From Adineta vaga (Eukaryota > Animalia > Rotifera): a stretch of DNA of 64,000 bases. The notes beneath the pieces were generated by a model, which made no database searches, was not told the origin of the DNA, and worked only from the letters and a program-made list of their open reading frames with translations. A program made the position numbers and the translations under genes. The stretch covers positions 11,594,001 to 11,658,000 of the forward strand of contig CP075493.1 of assembly GCA_021613535.1 (NCBI GenBank), written 5' to 3'. This document shows, piece after piece, positions 61,523-64,000 of this stretch; within the stretch, counting starts at the first letter, position 1, and each line of letters opens with the position of its first letter.

Positions 61523-62274
61523 CCTATTATATCGAAAAACCAATTAGATTTTTTTTAATACGTTCGTTATGTATTCTATCTTTCATTGGTCGACAACTAG
61601 TTTTATATCATATCCATTCTATATTAGCTAGCATTGTTCTCACTAATATGATTCTCAATAATAATAATATAGTAGTACGAAAATCAATGATAATTATAAA
61701 GCAGTTTTGCTAGAAAAAAATCTTTGTATACCATGATGATATGATTAAAGAACGCAGTTCTTTATGAAAGCGCTTTTGGCATAATTAATGACTATGGAAA
61801 TACGTCATTATTTCTAAAATTATCATTAAAGAACTTCGACGTATGAAGTAATTGAACTTTTAATGAAAAAATATGATCTTTATCGTTTGATGTTTTTTTC
61901 TTTCTCTAATTGTGAGATAATTGAACCTTATAGCGTATAGCTAGTTTTAGCATATAATATCTTTTCTATAGGTCTGTCACTCTTCATTATTAAACGCCTG
62001 TTCATCATATAAAAGTAATAGAGAGAAGTACTCGACATGTTATCGAAAAGTTCTTACCTTCAAGACGTATAAGTACAACCGTCCCCTCATCTACACCTAA
62101 GGAAAAGGAAATCAGTTAAAGAAGGAAAACGCGGAATTATAGGAATATCTATAACATATAAAATGATTCTGTTTCTTTTTTCTTCTTTTATTTTTCTCAA
62201 ATTCAACTGAATAAAAAGTTTTAATGGTAATATCTTTCTAAAAGAAACATCAGTATTCTTTTGCGTCGTCAATA

Positions 62275-63317
62275 ATGCCACTCGAAATTCTTGCCTTGAC
62301 GAAACAACTCTCATTTTACAGTGGATGTATCCTATTTTTCTTGGGACTTATCGGTAATACAATTAATATTCTGGTTTTTACTCAAGTGAAATTGTTTCGC
62401 AACGATCGATCTGCTTTTTATCTAACCGTCGAAGCATTTTCAAATCTTCTCTATGAATTCATCAATATTACTTCGACTGTTTTAACATTAATCTATGGAA
62501 ATGATGGAACAGAACGTTTTCTTATTTGGTGTAAGTTAAGATATAGCTTGTCTCAATTATCCGTATTAACTACTTATTACATGATATCTTGTTGTGCTGG
62601 TGATCAATTCTTTTCAACAAATTATCACTTAAATGTACGATATATGTGTACGATGAGATTGGTTCGATATATTACTGTGATATTGATTTGTCTTTGGATT
62701 GTACATAGTATTGTATTTGGTGTGTTTTTCCAAATTCAACCAATGATTGGGTGTATCATAATCAATCAAATTTATCTTCAATATGCAACGTTCTTTATCT
62801 ATCCAGTGCTTGCTGGTCTTCTGCCTATTACACTCGCGATATTTTTTAGTTTTTTTGCGTATCGTAATGTTCGTCGTATAGTTCGCCGTCAAAGATCGAT
62901 TGCTCGCCAATTCAGTCGACAAATGACCGCCATGGTTCTCATACGTGTAATACTCTTCGTTTGTTTGGCATCTCCTTATAGTTTTTTTCGTATTTATATT
63001 ATTAATTATCCTATTTCACAAGAACAACGTACGAAATATGCCATTAGACAATTGCTTCAAATACTTTTCTTAATCTCTATTAATCTAAATTATACAGTAA
63101 TATAATTCTTGCTTTTTTTTAAATTGAATTGTTCATTTTTTTTTAAATTTCATTATAGATGAATTTCTATGTATTTATGATTACATCAGCTCGTTTTCGT
63201 CGACAAGTGAAATTTATTTTGGTGAAAAAGTGTTGGAAACGCTGGAAACATTGCTGTTGTTCAAAGACTAATCGAATTATTCCCAAAGATGTAGATCTAG
63301 ACGCTGGATATACTTAA
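62275..63317 (+). CDS. Orphan rhodopsin-like GPCR, 2 exons
   Basis: GLIGNTIN, WCKLRY, GDQF, GLLP and ASPY. Exon 2 has NFYVFMITSARFRRQVK and stops at 63317. Confidence 0.9.
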
Positions 63318-64000
63318 TTGTTTGGTTATTTAACAGAAACATTCACATTATATTGTTCACAATCCATCATGTGTACATGAGGAGAATAAAAGTATGAGAA
63401 AAGTTCTTTTCATTGTTATTGCCTGTTATAAATATATTTTGCAGAAATACGAAGAGCTTAATTTGATCATGCATTCTAACTGAAACAAGTTAAAGTTTTC
63501 TCTGAATTCGGAATGCTGTATTTTTCTGTTGTATGGTATGAATATATATCTATCGATTTTTTCAAGCTAATTCTCGTCTACGTACTCTTTATATCTATAA
63601 ATCACATCATATTCTAAAGAACAACATGGCATATGCAGAGTAATAATATCAAACGGGTCGCCGCAATCTGTTGGGTTATGAGAACATTGCGTCGTCAATA
63701 TTCATGCTTTTTCTGTCGAGAATAACGACAGTGTTGAGTTGACCCTTTAGATATCGAATGCCACTGACATAGTTCGTTCTCCAAAGAATAAAAATACTCA
63801 TATTCTATTCATGTCATCTTGCTCTTCGGACGACAAGATAAGCAAATTCATACAGGTGGGCTTAGACTATAAATTTTCGGTTTTTATCAGTATTGTAACA
63901 AACCGTGGTATTTCCGTCAAGTATTTATTATTGTTAACAAAGAAGAATGAATAATCAACAACAAGCATTAGAACAAGCACTCTACAAATATCATGTACTT

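Noticed and set aside
63600-64000. Possible gene end at the window edge
   Set aside because: No continuous frame or motif could be established.

Overview
AT-rich eukaryotic DNA with many short (mostly ~50-60 bp) GT-AG introns. The gene families (NHL-REJ-polycystin, ART-TPR, orphan GPCRs, F-box/LRR, DEG/ENaC, a DEDDy-carrying LTR element) point to a bdelloid rotifer; this is inferred, not proven. The window holds about 20 apparently intact genes and about 8 pseudogenes or fragments. Many belong to bacterial/fungal-type families: Tlde1/DUF2778, DyP peroxidase, GMC oxidase, Zn-ADH, CBM52-like repeat protein, BPL_N, nitroalkane oxidase and an esterase. Mobile DNA comprises a 530-bp hAT-type MITE (8-bp TSD) and a very young 8.4-kb Ty3/gypsy element (50571-58937, minus strand, TSD GATTC) that splits a host exon. 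The main new observations are: (1) seven dispersed, co-varying copies of one RNA hairpin (C-A-UNCN-loop-NGNA-AA-G) on the sense strand of the retrotransposon; (2) short telomere-like tracts at rearrangement junctions, including a head-to-head pair that truncates a GH5 gene; (3) a T6SS-effector-like peptidoglycan L,D-peptidase gene in an animal context. Several single-base frameshifts may be assembly errors. All family calls are from motif recognition; no searches were run.
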